From assembly GCA_963816145.1 (NCBI GenBank), contig CAWFJP010000031.1, positions 288,001-352,000 on the forward strand: a stretch of 64,000 bases of DNA, in the 5' to 3' direction. Under the pieces are notes generated by a model. It saw only the letters and a program-made list of their open reading frames with translations, had not been told where the DNA came from and did no database searches. The stretch comes from an uncultured delta proteobacterium (GTDB lineage: Bacteria > Desulfobacterota > Binatia > UBA9968). Below, one piece after another: positions 10,343-20,639 of this stretch. The translations under genes were made by a program, and so were the position numbers. Position 1 is the stretch's first letter. The number at the start of each line of letters is the position of its first letter.

Positions 10343-11530
10343 TCACACTCCAATTATGTAGAAGACCACGGACAAGGCGCCGCAAGCCGTGACGATAAAC
10401 ACGATGCTTGTGACCACGGCAGAAGTCGCAGCCTCGCCAACGGCCGAGGCGCTGCTTCCACACTGCATGCCGCGCAGACATCCCGAAAGGGCGATGAGGA
10501 CACCATAAATCACGCCTTTAAAGACACCGCCGAACAGGGCGGTCAAAGTGATCGCATTGATCGTCTGGTGGTAATAAGTGGTCCAGGAAAGGTCGAGCAT
10601 CCACAAACCCACTACAGCCCCACCCAAAATGCCCATCAGGTTCGCGTACAGACACAACAAGGGCATCATCAGGCAAAGGGCGATCATGCGCGGCAGCACC
10701 AAAAATTCCAGCGGCGAGAATCCCAGCGTGCTCAATGCGTCGATTTCCTGAGTCACCTTCATCGTGCCGAGCTGTGCGGCGAATGCGGCGCCGGTCCGGC
10801 CCGCCATGATGATCCCTGTCATCATGGCGCCCATATCGCGAACGACGGCGATGGCGACGAGGTCCGCCACATAGATCTGGGCGCCGAATTGGCGGAGCTG
10901 AACCGCGCCGACAAACGCCAAAATAGTACCCATGCCAAAACTGATGAGTGTGACGATGGCCAGTGCTTGCGGACCACATTCTTCGACAATAAGAAACAGA
11001 TCGGCGGTGCGGTAGCGCGCGCGCATCTTGGCCAGCTTGAGGAAGGTCAACGTCACATCGCCGAGAAAGTGCAGCATCTCTGAAAAACTGGCAAAAAAAC
11101 CCGTCGAGGTCGTACCGACCCGTGCCAAAAAGGAGGGTGCAGCGGTCGTCGGCTTGGCTGCTTCTTGCTCCGGCACTATCTCAGCGAGTTCGAGGAGACG
11201 GCGAATCCCGTCCGGCAGTCCTTCGCGGTCCGTGACAATCTCCTGCTGGTGGCAGAGCTCGGTCACTTTCATCAAGAACATAAGGACGCTGCTGTCCCAA
11301 GAGGAGAGAGCTTTGGCATCGAAGCGAACGCAGCGAACATGGTAAGCCTCGAGCGCTTTTAGCACCGGGATGGCAGAGACAGCGTTTTTTTGTGTTCGCC
11401 AGGCACCGGAAAGTTGCACGACGAGCGTATCGGCGCCAGCAGTTTCCAATGAAACGTTTGGCTTACTGTCGCTTTCAGTCTGTCCTTCCATCACCGGAAT
11501 GATCTCGTTTGTTCCACGTACCGACGCCAA
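10343..11530 (-). CDS. MlaE-family permease with N-terminal STAS-like domain
   Basis: MAGRTGAAFAAQLGTMKVTQEIDAL motif; start may be ATG 11491. Confidence 0.9.
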   Translation of the reverse strand: MASVRGTNEIIPVMEGQTESDSKPNVSLETAGADTLVVQLSGAWRTQKNAVSAIPVLKALEAYHVRCVRFDAKALSSWDSSVLMFLMKVTELCHQQEIVTDREGLPDGIRRLLELAEIVPEQEAAKPTTAAPSFLARVGTTSTGFFASFSEMLHFLGDVTLTFLKLAKMRARYRTADLFLIVEECGPQALAIVTLISFGMGTILAFVGAVQLRQFGAQIYVADLVAIAVVRDMGAMMTGIIMAGRTGAAFAAQLGTMKVTQEIDALSTLGFSPLEFLVLPRMIALCLMMPLLCLYANLMGILGGAVVGLWMLDLSWTTYYHQTINAITLTALFGGVFKGVIYGVLIALSGCLRGMQCGSSASAVGEAATSAVVTSIVFIVTACGALSVVFYIIGV

Positions 11531-11694
11531 CTTTCGTGGCTTTTTTGCACCTGTGCGACTTCTAAGATCTGATCGGCCTCAACCACCGTCCAGAGCCCTT
11601 AACCCTTCAGTTACGACAGAATCGCGGGCGATCTAGAATATCGCAAAACACTCCATGTCACCGGACTGAAACTTATGCCGGGGATTAATTCTAA

Positions 11695-11737
11695 ATTATG
11701 CCGGTTATGCGCGGGGATTACTGTCCAATAGTAGACC
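11695..11737 (-). promoter_or_regulatory. CRP-like dyad GGTCT-ACTATT-GGACA plus -10 CATAAT (21-bp gap)
   Basis: Motif family member oriented toward the mlaE-F-D-pqiC operon. Confidence 0.7.
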
Positions 11738-11809
11738 AGCGGGCCGGAAGCGATTGCGCCGAACACGGAATCGCGACCCCGGTCTGATGGCTAGAAACGA
11801 CGACACCGC

Positions 11810-11896
11810 GGGGTAGAGAACACCTTAGGCCTCTTGCGCATTGGCCGGCTCCGGCTCCATGATCTGGCCGAGACGGTGCAGTTGAAAGCCGCTCAT
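11810..11896 (-). pseudogene. N-terminal remnant of a GH130-like glycosidase
   Basis: Hand translation MSGFQLHRLGQIMEPEPANAQEA*GVLYP resembles the MEPEPGNP.E.EGVLNP N-terminus; in-frame TAA at 11825-11827; GAGGA RBS. Confidence 0.5.
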
Positions 11897-11975
11897 CGAC
11901 GATCTTCCTCACTTACTTTGGTGCCGTCGACGCCATATCAAACAAGCGTCGATTGCATCAATCACGGCTATCGCT

Positions 11976-12635
11976 TCATTGAGATATTTGCCCGGCTAAG
12001 GACACCTTCTCATGCAGTACGGTGCCTTGGTATTTGTTTTCAGGCTTGTTACGGAAGCACACCTTGGTTCGAGCTCCGCTGTTCGCAGTCGCTGGCAGCA
12101 AGAGAATCTCTGGGTCAAATGAGCCATTACTTACGCCCCGGTGTGGCAGCACAACTTTCATTATCTCCAGACTGATCAATGGAAGAGCGCTCAGGGCAAG
12201 AAGTACGAAGCAATCGGCAAGCGGCATATAGGACGTCTTCAGGAAGTTGCCGAGAATCGCGTTGTGTTGGCTCCCCACCTGGAGGCCGAAAGAAATGGCA
12301 ACCACAATGACGAGGTTGAAGTTGGTGAATAGCGAGATGCGCCAGACCGGCTTGGTCTCACTGCGGGCACCGAAGGAGCGCAAGAGTTCGGCAAAAACCA
12401 ACACGGTGAAGGCGGAAGTGCGGGCCATTGCCAGGGTTCCCGTCTGCAAGACATAAAGGTAAACCGCGAACGCGACGCCCGCCGTCAGCAAGCCGGTGAA
12501 AAACATCGCGCGGAGAAAGCTGGCGTCAGCGATGCTCTCCGAACGCTGGCGCGGGCGGAGTTTCATCACATCGGGATCGATGGGGTCGGTGGCGAGGCAG
12601 AGTGCCGGTAGACCGTCGGTGACAAGATTAATCCA
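11976..12635 (-). pseudogene. C-terminal remnant of a cation-transporting P-type ATPase
   Basis: [24 protein letters not shown] (TM6) and later TM helices; all N-terminal domains missing; homology ends near 12150. Confidence 0.85.
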
Positions 12636-12844
12636 TGGGCATAGATGAAGTTCAGCCCCGGTGTCGTGCTCCAATGGCCGAGCAGGCGTGGTTTGATGTG
12701 TGCCAGCTTGAGCGGTTTCTTCAACAGCAGATTGTCGTAGAGATAAATCTGTCCAACGGAAAGATAGTTCGCCGCGCGCCAATAGGCGTTTGTCTTACGC
12801 AGCGATTCTGCACTGAGTGTCCTAGAGTCGAGGTTTGTTTTCAT
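12635..12844 (-). pseudogene. xfp: N-terminal remnant of phosphoketolase
   Basis: [19 protein letters not shown]...[22 protein letters not shown], then an abrupt join to the ATPase sequence. Confidence 0.88.
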
Positions 12845-12856
12845 GGCAGTTTTCGT

Positions 12857-13204
12857 TCAGGCTCGAATCATCGTCAGAATCATTTTGAAGCGCTTGAGCG
12901 CCTTGAGGGCATGGGGTTGATTCGCGGGCATGAGAATTATTTCACCGCCTCGCAACTGGTGCGGCTGGCCAGCGATGCTGATCTCCGCGTCGCCTTCGAG
13001 AACATACACCAGGGCGTCGAACTGGACCACGTGCTCACTCAGGCCTTGTCCTTCATCAAACGCGAAGAATGTCACGTTCCCAGTTGGCGCCTTGATTACT
13101 TCGCGGCTGACAATGGCGCCCTCCTGGTAGTTCACCAGCGCGGCGGCCGTCGCGACTTTGGCGCCGGGAAGGCCTTTGGTCTTGGATGGGGTTTCTGATT
13201 GCAT
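12857..13204 (-). CDS. Cupin domain protein
   Basis: FAFDEGQGLSEH...VLEGDAEI...MPANQPHAL; GAAAGGA RBS before ATG 13204. Confidence 0.88.
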   Translation of the reverse strand: MQSETPSKTKGLPGAKVATAAALVNYQEGAIVSREVIKAPTGNVTFFAFDEGQGLSEHVVQFDALVYVLEGDAEISIAGQPHQLRGGEIILMPANQPHALKALKRFKMILTMIRA

Positions 13205-13436
13205 AATTCTTCCTTTCCATAGGTTCATTAGGTGACGGTCGCCGGCTCTTTCATTCTGGAATAGTGGCTGAGCCACTCAGGTTTCCGGCGCTCACTTCGC
13301 TGCGGATTGGATTCTCAGGGATTGCATTGTGTCTAGATGTTTTCCTCTGACGCAGGACGCACCTGCCGGCTTTCTGTTAACCGCTGATGTTTATTATGAG
13401 GTGGCACACCAGGCACGGTTTTTTCCAATAAGCGCT

Positions 13437-14132
13437 TTACACAACCGTTCCAAACAGTGCTCCGATGCCTGCGGTTATTGCCATGGCCAATGCTCCCCAG
13501 AATGTAACGCGCACCGTTCCGATTAGGATGCGCGCACCGCCGGTATGAGCCGCCAGGGCACCTAGAAGTGCGAGAAATAATAGAGAATTTCCGGCAACAA
13601 GGAGCACGAGGCCGCTTGCAGGCGCGACGACAGCCACTAGTAAAGGCAGCGCGGCACCCACTGCAAACGTGACGGCGGAAGTAAGTGCTGCCTGAACCGG
13701 CCGGGCACTGATGGTTTCCGAGATGCCGAGCTCGTCGCGGGCATGTGCGGCAAGCGCGTCTTTAGCCATCAGTTGTTCTGCGACTTGGTTTGCCAGAGTC
13801 GGATCGAGCCCCCGTTTGACGTAGATCGCCGCAAGCTCTCTCCTCTCGTTGGATGCGTTGGCGGCGAGTTCCGTGCGTTCGCGTCCGATGTCCGCTTGCT
13901 CGGTATCTGACTGAGAGCTGACCGAAACATACTCACCCGCAGCCATGGACATGGCTCCCGCAACCAAGCCTGCGACACCTGCCACCAGCACCGCCGTATG
14001 TGTGGCATTTGACGCGGCCACGCCAACAACCAGACTAGCGGTCGAGACGATACCGTCGTTTGCGCCCAGAACGGCGGCGCGGAGCCAGCCTATATGCTGT
14101 GTACGGTGCCGCTCACGATGGACTATGGCCAT
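13437..14132 (-). CDS. VIT1/CCC1 family Fe/Mn transporter
   Basis: WLRAAVLGANDGIVS and AMSMAAGEYVSVSSQ. Confidence 0.93.
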   Translation of the reverse strand: MAIVHRERHRTQHIGWLRAAVLGANDGIVSTASLVVGVAASNATHTAVLVAGVAGLVAGAMSMAAGEYVSVSSQSDTEQADIGRERTELAANASNERRELAAIYVKRGLDPTLANQVAEQLMAKDALAAHARDELGISETISARPVQAALTSAVTFAVGAALPLLVAVVAPASGLVLLVAGNSLLFLALLGALAAHTGGARILIGTVRVTFWGALAMAITAGIGALFGTVV

Positions 14133-15045
14133 GCTATTTTCCTTTCCGTATATTGTTGCCGAAAAAATACGCTGCGGGCCACCTGCCGATTACTCAACTC
14201 CTAATAACAGCTTTGCTTGATGTGAGGTAGCGGAGTCATACGGCGAGATATAGCCCAGCCGATAATTTCTTCAGCAGTGCCTCGCACTGCTTTTCCGTCG
14301 GGCTTTGCGGCAGTCTCGACAAGTCACGGTGAATCAACAAGTCCAATTTCACGACGCCGCCGGAACTAAGTTCCACCGACGCGCCAAGCGGCGCAGCTAG
14401 TCGGTTCCGTCCGCCCGGCAGCGTGCCCGCGAATCACAAGGTTCTAATTTTGAATTGCAGATTGTCACGGTGGCTCATGTCGGTAGGAATCGCCACCTCC
14501 AAGTGCTTGCCTACTACTGCTGTCATAGCGTGTCCGAGCGGGTCATACCCAGGGCGATCGCAGTGATCCCAGTCCTGACAAACCAATAGCTATTCGAGAA
14601 GTACCATGTCGCAAGTGATGCATTTAAAGCTGTGCATCTACCTCACTCAAACAACATGCTCGCGATTGAAGTCGTTAGTGCTAAGTGTTCATGTCGACCG
14701 GCGATTTCCGTTGGCTTTGAAATAAGCTCCAGACTGGAGGTACTGCCAACTCAGAACCCCCGTATGCTTACCTTGTCGCCACCCTCGGCATGTTCGCATC
14801 GCCGCTCATATCCTGGGTCGGCTCCACCGATGCCTCGCGCGCCGCCAAAACTCGCAACTGCCCGACTTGCTTCACGTAGGTTTTTGCCAGCCAAACGTTG
14901 GCGGTGAAATGATTCATTTTATAAGCAGTATCGACCAGTCCATACTAGTACCGCTGCGCCGGCGGCCCAGGCCAACTTTTCTTGTACAGTCGTATCGTGC
15001 ATTTCCTAGTCGTCCTGCTTTGATTTTGATGATCGCCTGAAACCC

Positions 15046-15393
15046 TTAATACTCTTCGCGTTCTCTTCTCAGCCGTTCGAGCTCACTTTGCTGACGATCT
15101 ATTTCCTGCTGGTTTTGCTGGATCTGCGAGTTTTGCGTGGAGCTCTGGTTTTCCTGGCCCTGCATTTGGTCGCCAATTAAAGCACCCGCGCCCAAGCCCA
15201 AACCACCGCCGATCGCCGCTCCAGCGCCTGGGTGGCCAACGGCGGCGCCAATGAGCCCGCCCGCAACGGCGCCACCGACAACACCGATCCCGGCGCCCTT
15301 TTCCCGGGTCGTGAGTGGTCCTCCAGAGCAACCGGCAATCATAAGCGTGCCGGCCAGTAAAAGCATCGGCGATTTGTTCATTGAATGATCCAA
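15046..15393 (-). CDS. Glycine-zipper lipoprotein
   Basis: IAGC lipobox, GAGIGVVGGAVAGGLIG...GAAIGGGLGLGAGALIG, Gln-rich coiled tail; start ambiguous (ATG 15381). Confidence 0.82.
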   Translation of the reverse strand: MDHSMNKSPMLLLAGTLMIAGCSGGPLTTREKGAGIGVVGGAVAGGLIGAAVGHPGAGAAIGGGLGLGAGALIGDQMQGQENQSSTQNSQIQQNQQEIDRQQSELERLRREREEY

Positions 15394-15455
15394 CCATATT
15401 TGTTATCTCCTCGTTTGCTGTTTGCTGATTTTATTTCTTACGTCATTTATCTAGA

Positions 15456-15579
15456 GCACTATCGATGCCGCTCTCGAACAGGCGCGAAAGCGCCGTTTGC
15501 CGTTAGATTACTGGCGCATGATAATGAACACGGAGAGAACGCTCGACCAAATCGTCGCGCTTTTCGACCAATTAGTAAG
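15456..15579 (-). promoter_or_regulatory. Tandem enhancer (15543-15579) plus sigma54 promoter CGGCAT-CGATA-GTGC (module A)
   Basis: CTTAC-TAATTG-GTCGA-AAAGC-GCGAC-GATTTG-GTCGA, 72-bp gap, GG-N10-GC. Confidence 0.75.
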
Positions 15580-15722
15580 GATCTGACTTGGGCGAACGGC
15601 AAAATAAAGCTTGAGATGTTTTAACCCGACTGAGTCGTTCTCGGCAGGATGGATCGTCAGCTGTGATAATGGCTCAAAACTATCGCCCGACGGCAAGCTG
15701 CATTAGTGAATCGCGAAGGACA

Positions 15723-15869
15723 TCAGAGACGACGCTCTTGCAAGACATCGATCGCCAGCGTCATCAGCGCAAAAAACAGCGGAAGATGAATGAATCCGCC
15801 AAGAGCGGGTAACGTCGCCAACCCCAAAGCCCAGCTGACCATGAGAATTAAAAAGACAGTCCACAGCAT
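15723..15869 (-). CDS. lmo0937-family membrane microprotein (48 aa)
   Basis: MLWTVFLILMVSWALGL...GGFIHL; AAGGAG RBS. Confidence 0.8.
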   Translation of the reverse strand: MLWTVFLILMVSWALGLATLPALGGFIHLPLFFALMTLAIDVLQERRL

Positions 15870-15944
15870 TTTCGGCTCCTTTCCGAACAATTGCCCGCCT
15901 ATTTCTTGTCGCTCCGAGCATATTACTGAACTGTGACTGAAGTC

Positions 15945-15987
15945 AGGATACGCGTTGCCCACGGGATTTGCTGTGCAAAAGTAGACA
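15945..15987 (-). promoter_or_regulatory. CRP-like dyad TGTCT-ACTTTT-GCACA plus -10 gcgTATCCT (21-bp gap)
   Basis: Motif family member oriented toward the lmo0937-like gene. Confidence 0.7.
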
Positions 15988-16121
15988 ACGGAGCAAGTAA
16001 TGACGGCAGTATCGATTACTTGGATGAATGAGGCTTGCTAGCATCGAATCATCTCATCGCCGCGGAGGCAATTTTTCAAATTCCAGTTCTAGTCGATACC
16101 GAGCCAGTGCGGCAAGGGCGG

Positions 16122-16164
16122 TGTCTAATATTGGACGGTCTTCAGAGACTTTTTGGCGTATTCT
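16122..16164 (+). promoter_or_regulatory. CRP-like dyad TGTCT-AATATT-GGACG plus -10 gcgTATTCT (21-bp gap)
   Basis: Motif family member upstream of hsp20-lon. Confidence 0.78.
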
Positions 16165-16200
16165 GAAACATGTGAATTTGCCGGAGGAGGTTCAGATTTT

Positions 16201-16632
16201 ATGTCAGCGCAAGATTGGGATGTCATGGTCTGGCGGCGAGCTAACGAATTGCTCCAGCAGGCGGAGCGCATCCACCGGAATTTTTTACAAATCGCCGCTA
16301 CATCCCAATACCGGGCACCGCATGGCCGAGCACCGAGCTGGCAACCTCCGGTTAGTGTCGTCGAGACGGACGAAAACCTGTGGGTGATTTTAGGCCTCGC
16401 TGGGGTTGCGGTTGACGGCGTCGACGTACGGCTGGAGGGCAGCGATTTGGTGATCGCCGGCGAACGACGGCTACCCCAATGCTTCAATGAAGGGGAACTT
16501 AAGCTATGGGAGATCCCATTCGGTCGTTTTGACCGGCGACTCAGGTTGGTTGGTTGGGAGAATCCTCTCTCAGTGGGAGAGATTTCGTTTCAGGATGGGT
16601 TACTCACCATTCAGATTAGGAAGCAATCATGA
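16201..16632 (+). CDS. Hsp20/alpha-crystallin small heat-shock protein
   Basis: WQPPVSVVET, LVIAGER, EIPFGRFDR, DGLLTI; GGAGGAGG RBS. Confidence 0.9.
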   Translation: MSAQDWDVMVWRRANELLQQAERIHRNFLQIAATSQYRAPHGRAPSWQPPVSVVETDENLWVILGLAGVAVDGVDVRLEGSDLVIAGERRLPQCFNEGELKLWEIPFGRFDRRLRLVGWENPLSVGEISFQDGLLTIQIRKQS

Positions 16633-19037
16633 GCGCGGAAGAACTGCCGCTGTCAAAGTCGAAACCTCGTTTCCATATTCCCGAGGGCGCATTGATAATC
16701 ATACCGATGCGCAACCGGGTGCTTTATCCGTCCATGGTCATGCCGCTGATGGTCGACCGCCCGGCGCGGCTCCAAGCTGTCGAAGAAGCCGTGCGCCAAC
16801 AACTACCCATCGGTTTTATCGTGCAACGCGATCCACATATGGAAGCTCCTCAACCCAAAGAGCTATACGGCATCGGCACTGCCGCGGATGTCTTGCGCAT
16901 GTTTACCCTGCCGGACGGCCGGCGGCAGGTGATCGTGCAAGGCCGGCGCCGATTCGTGATCGACGAATTCATCGAAACCGATCCCGTGCTGATTGCGCGG
17001 GTCACCATGGTGGAAGAACCGGTACCACAGACCAAGGAGTTCGCGGCGCGCATCTTGCATTTGCGTCAAGAAGCCGCTCGGGCATTGTCACTATTCCCTG
17101 AACCCATGAACGAACTGCGAGCGATGATCGAAAGGATGGAAGATCCTTTGTCGGTCATCGATGTGATCGCCTCCACCCTGGACCTGCCGACCGCGGAGAA
17201 GCAAGAGGTCTTGGCGATCCTCGACCCAGAGACGCGTGCCCAAAAAGTTTCGGAAAAGTTGGCGCGTCAGATCGAATTGCTCGAGCTGAGCCGGAAGATC
17301 GGCGACGAAACCAAGGTCTCCATGGACAAGTCGCAGCGCCAATATTTTCTGCGCGAGCAATTGAAGGCTATTCAAAAAGAACTCGGTGAGGAAGACGGCA
17401 AGGGCGTCGAAGTTGAAGAGCTGCGCAAAAGATTTTTCGAGGCCAAGATGCCGCCCGATGTTGAGAAGGAAGCGTTCAAAGAACTCAATCGGTTCGAGCG
17501 TATTCCCGAGATGGCCCCTGAACATTCGTTGTTGAGAACCTATTTCGACTGGTTGGCCGATCTGCCTTGGAGCGTTGTCACCAAGGAAGAGATCGACCTG
17601 CCCAAAGCCCGTGAAATTCTCGACGCCGACCATTACGGCCTGGAAAAAGTGAAAAAGCGCATCATCGAGTTTCTCGCCGTTCGCAAACTGAAACCGGAAG
17701 GGAAAAGTCCGATCCTGTGCTTGGTCGGTCCGCCGGGCGTTGGCAAGACATCCCTGGGTCAAAGTATCGCCAGGGCGATGAATCGTAAGTTCGTGCGCCA
17801 AAGTCTCGGCGGCGTCCATGATGAGGCAGATATCCGCGGCCACCGGCGGACTTACGTCGGGGCGCTCCCTGGTAACATTATTCAGGCCATCCGCAAGGCC
17901 GGTAGTAGAAATCCCGTCTTCATGTTGGATGAGGTTGACAAGCTCGGCGCTAGTTTCCATGGCAACCCTTCCGCGGCATTGCTGGAGGTTCTCGATCCGG
18001 CTCAAAATGCTACTTTTCAAGACCATTACCTAGCGGTCCCTTTCGATTTAACTCAGGTATTGTTTATCGCCACGGCGAACCTGCTCGATAACGTGCCAGG
18101 TCCGCTCCGCGATCGTATGGAAATTTTGGAATTGCCGGGCTACATCGAAGACGAGAAGCTGGCGATTGCCAAGGGATACTTGGTTCCTCGGCAGATTAGT
18201 GAAAATGGACTCAAACCCAGGGATATTGACTTTACCGACGATGGCATTCGGGAAACAATTCGCTCATATACCCGTGAGGCCGGTGTCCGGCAACTTGAGC
18301 GGCAATTGGCCGCGATCTGCCGCAGTGTGGCAATGCGCGTTGCCGAAGGAATGACGCAAACCATAACAGTCACTGCGGAATCTCTCCATGACTACTTGGG
18401 ACCGCAAAAGTTTTTCAATGAGATCGCCCTGCGCACCAGCTTGCCGGGAGTGGCAACCGGCCTGGCCTGGACGCCGTTCGGCGGCGATATATTGTTTGTC
18501 GAAGCGACCAAGATGCCTGGAGACGGCAAGTTGATTTTAACCGGCCAGTTGGGCGAGGTCATGAAAGAAAGCGCGCAAGCGGCTTTGAGTCTGGTCAAAT
18601 CTCGCGCCGACACACTCGGCATCGATGCCGACATCTTCAAGAAAAACGACCTGCACATTCATCTTCCGGCGGGCGCTATTCCCAAGGATGGCCCCAGCGC
18701 TGGGATCACACTGTTCGTCGCGCTCGTATCGCTTTTAACCGGACGGCACATCAGCAAAGATATCGCCATGACCGGTGAGATCAGCCTGCGCGGTTTGGTG
18801 CTGCCGGTAGGCGGGATCAAAGAAAAAATGCTGGCAGCAAAACGGGCGGGGATTACTTGTGTCCTGTTACCCGAGCTAAATCGCAGAGACTTGGAAGAAA
18901 TTCCTATCACGGGCCGCAGCGGCATCCGCTTTGAGTTTTTGAAAACCGCCGACGAGGCTTTGGGGCTAGCCCTGGAACCGAAAACACCCAGTGGTTTTTT
19001 TGCCAGTGAGGGTCTCGCCGCTCGGTCTGTCTGCTGA
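16629..19037 (+). CDS. lon: ATP-dependent protease La
   Basis: LON N domain, GPPGVGKTS, PKDGPSAG catalytic Ser, GGIKEK; ATGA overlap with hsp20. Confidence 0.97.
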   Translation: MSAEELPLSKSKPRFHIPEGALIIIPMRNRVLYPSMVMPLMVDRPARLQAVEEAVRQQLPIGFIVQRDPHMEAPQPKELYGIGTAADVLRMFTLPDGRRQVIVQGRRRFVIDEFIETDPVLIARVTMVEEPVPQTKEFAARILHLRQEAARALSLFPEPMNELRAMIERMEDPLSVIDVIASTLDLPTAEKQEVLAILDPETRAQKVSEKLARQIELLELSRKIGDETKVSMDKSQRQYFLREQLKAIQKELGEEDGKGVEVEELRKRFFEAKMPPDVEKEAFKELNRFERIPEMAPEHSLLRTYFDWLADLPWSVVTKEEIDLPKAREILDADHYGLEKVKKRIIEFLAVRKLKPEGKSPILCLVGPPGVGKTSLGQSIARAMNRKFVRQSLGGVHDEADIRGHRRTYVGALPGNIIQAIRKAGSRNPVFMLDEVDKLGASFHGNPSAALLEVLDPAQNATFQDHYLAVPFDLTQVLFIATANLLDNVPGPLRDRMEILELPGYIEDEKLAIAKGYLVPRQISENGLKPRDIDFTDDGIRETIRSYTREAGVRQLERQLAAICRSVAMRVAEGMTQTITVTAESLHDYLGPQKFFNEIALRTSLPGVATGLAWTPFGGDILFVEATKMPGDGKLILTGQLGEVMKESAQAALSLVKSRADTLGIDADIFKKNDLHIHLPAGAIPKDGPSAGITLFVALVSLLTGRHISKDIAMTGEISLRGLVLPVGGIKEKMLAAKRAGITCVLLPELNRRDLEEIPITGRSGIRFEFLKTADEALGLALEPKTPSGFFASEGLAARSVC

Positions 19038-19137
19038 CAAATAAATCAGCGAATCGACCCAGCGGTTCTTCCTCACGGGGAAATGAAAATGGACAGTTGA
19101 ATCGATCGAGCTGGGATTGATCACAAGGAGGTACGTC

Positions 19138-19611
19138 ATGCTCAAACGGATTATCGGCCGGGATACTCAAGAGATTTCAGCGTCGGACCAGCATTGGTTG
19201 AACGTGGATGCTTTGGCGCAAGTGGAGGTAACCTCGGAGGACGCGGCGCATCCGATCGAGTCCGGATTGCTACCGGGGACCGCATCCGGTTGGCGCGCTG
19301 CGCACCCCGGACCGCAGACCGTGCGTCTGGTGTTTGACCAGCCGCAGCGAATCAAGCGTATCCATTTAGAGTTCCACGAAGATGAGTTGGCGCGTACTCA
19401 GCAATTTGTCCTGCGCTGGTCGTCAAACCGCGGGCAGTCCTATGGGGAAATCGTCCGTCAGCAGTACAATTTCAGCCCGCCCGCCACGACCCGCGAGTGC
19501 GAGGATTACTCCGTAGATCTCGACGGCGTGACCACACTCGAACTGAGCATCGTTCCAGAGATCAGCGGCGGGCCTGCCCGCGCATCGCTCGCCCAGTTAC
19601 GAGTTGCATGA
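19138..19611 (+). CDS. Galactose-binding-domain-like (discoidin fold) protein
   Basis: VEVTSED..HPIE, GWRAA.PGPQTVRLVFD, IVRQQYNFSP; AGGAGG RBS. Confidence 0.7.
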   Translation: MLKRIIGRDTQEISASDQHWLNVDALAQVEVTSEDAAHPIESGLLPGTASGWRAAHPGPQTVRLVFDQPQRIKRIHLEFHEDELARTQQFVLRWSSNRGQSYGEIVRQQYNFSPPATTRECEDYSVDLDGVTTLELSIVPEISGGPARASLAQLRVA

Positions 19612-19668
19612 GTGCCGAGAAACTCTGTCAAAGTGCGGTTGGCGCACAAGAGGGAAGGTTACAAACCT

Positions 19669-20019
19669 ATGTTGGTATTACTGGTTGCAGTGATTTCCGG
19701 GATCGCGATTGCTTATTTTGGCATGCAAAACATTAGCCCCGTCACGATCCGGCTTAACGAATATGTCTGGAACGATGTGCCCTTGTATCTGGTCATCGTC
19801 GGTTCGTTGTTTGTTGGCTTGTTCATCGCGTGGATTCTCTATTTTGCCAGGTCGGTGTCTTCGACCTTGACCATATTTGGAAAAGATCGCGCGATGAAAA
19901 AAGCCAAACATACGGTCGCCGGCCTAGAGCAGAGGGTTCGGGAACTTGAAGCAGAGACGGCTCGACTCAAAGCCATGGACTTGCTTCCGTCTGAAATGCC
20001 GCACCGCAAGTTGTCGTAG
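19669..20019 (+). CDS. LapA/DUF1049-family membrane protein
   Basis: AYFGMQN..PVTI, VPLYLVIVGSLFVG, coiled-coil tail. Confidence 0.78.
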   Translation: MLVLLVAVISGIAIAYFGMQNISPVTIRLNEYVWNDVPLYLVIVGSLFVGLFIAWILYFARSVSSTLTIFGKDRAMKKAKHTVAGLEQRVRELEAETARLKAMDLLPSEMPHRKLS

Positions 20020-20087
20020 TCGCGAGGCTCGCACAGACTGCGCGCCCAGCGGCGGTGGTCCATGCGCGTGGGTCGGTTGCAAGTGCC

Positions 20088-20639
20088 CTAAGGCAGTTCG
20101 AGTCGCACATCGGCGGTGCCCGAATCGATCATCTCCAAAGCTTGTGCCGCGCCCTGCGAGAGATCGATGATCCGATTTCCTGACGACGGTCCACGATCGG
20201 TAATCACTACTTCCACTGATTTTCCGTTGGCGAGATTCGTTACTTTTATCTTGCTACCGAAAGGTAAGCTTGGATGTGCGGCGGTAAATCCCGCTTGATC
20301 AAACGTGGTACCGCTGGCCGTCTGTTTTCCTTGATGGGCTGCTCCATACCATGAAGCTTGCCCAGTCTGTGGCAATTCCACCGGCGCGGTGGGAGTTGCT
20401 TTTGCGGCCGGTTGTGCAGGCACAAGCTGACTCGGCGAAGGTTGGCTGCTGGCTGAAGGTTTGGAAGTGTCAGGTCGCGCCCGCGTTTCGGCCGGTACTG
20501 CTGGTTCCGAAGGCGGTTGCAGCAGGGCACAACCTTGAAAAAGCAGCATCCCTAGACACATTTGAATGAGACGCGGGTGGCTTTGGTGAAACCCGCCGAC
20601 TAAGAATCCGGGCAACGAAACAGAAATTTTATTTGCCAT
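20088..20639 (-). CDS. rlpA: RlpA-family lytic transglycosylase lipoprotein
   Basis: FQGC lipobox, GQASWYG, TAAHPSLPFGS, VITDRGP, RIIDLS. Confidence 0.88.
   Translation of the reverse strand: MANKISVSLPGFLVGGFHQSHPRLIQMCLGMLLFQGCALLQPPSEPAVPAETRARPDTSKPSASSQPSPSQLVPAQPAAKATPTAPVELPQTGQASWYGAAHQGKQTASGTTFDQAGFTAAHPSLPFGSKIKVTNLANGKSVEVVITDRGPSSGNRIIDLSQGAAQALEMIDSGTADVRLELP

Noticed and set aside
14937-14952. AGTCC-ATACTA-GTACC resembling the CRP-like dyad
   Set aside because: Weak match with no correctly placed -10 and no convincing downstream gene.
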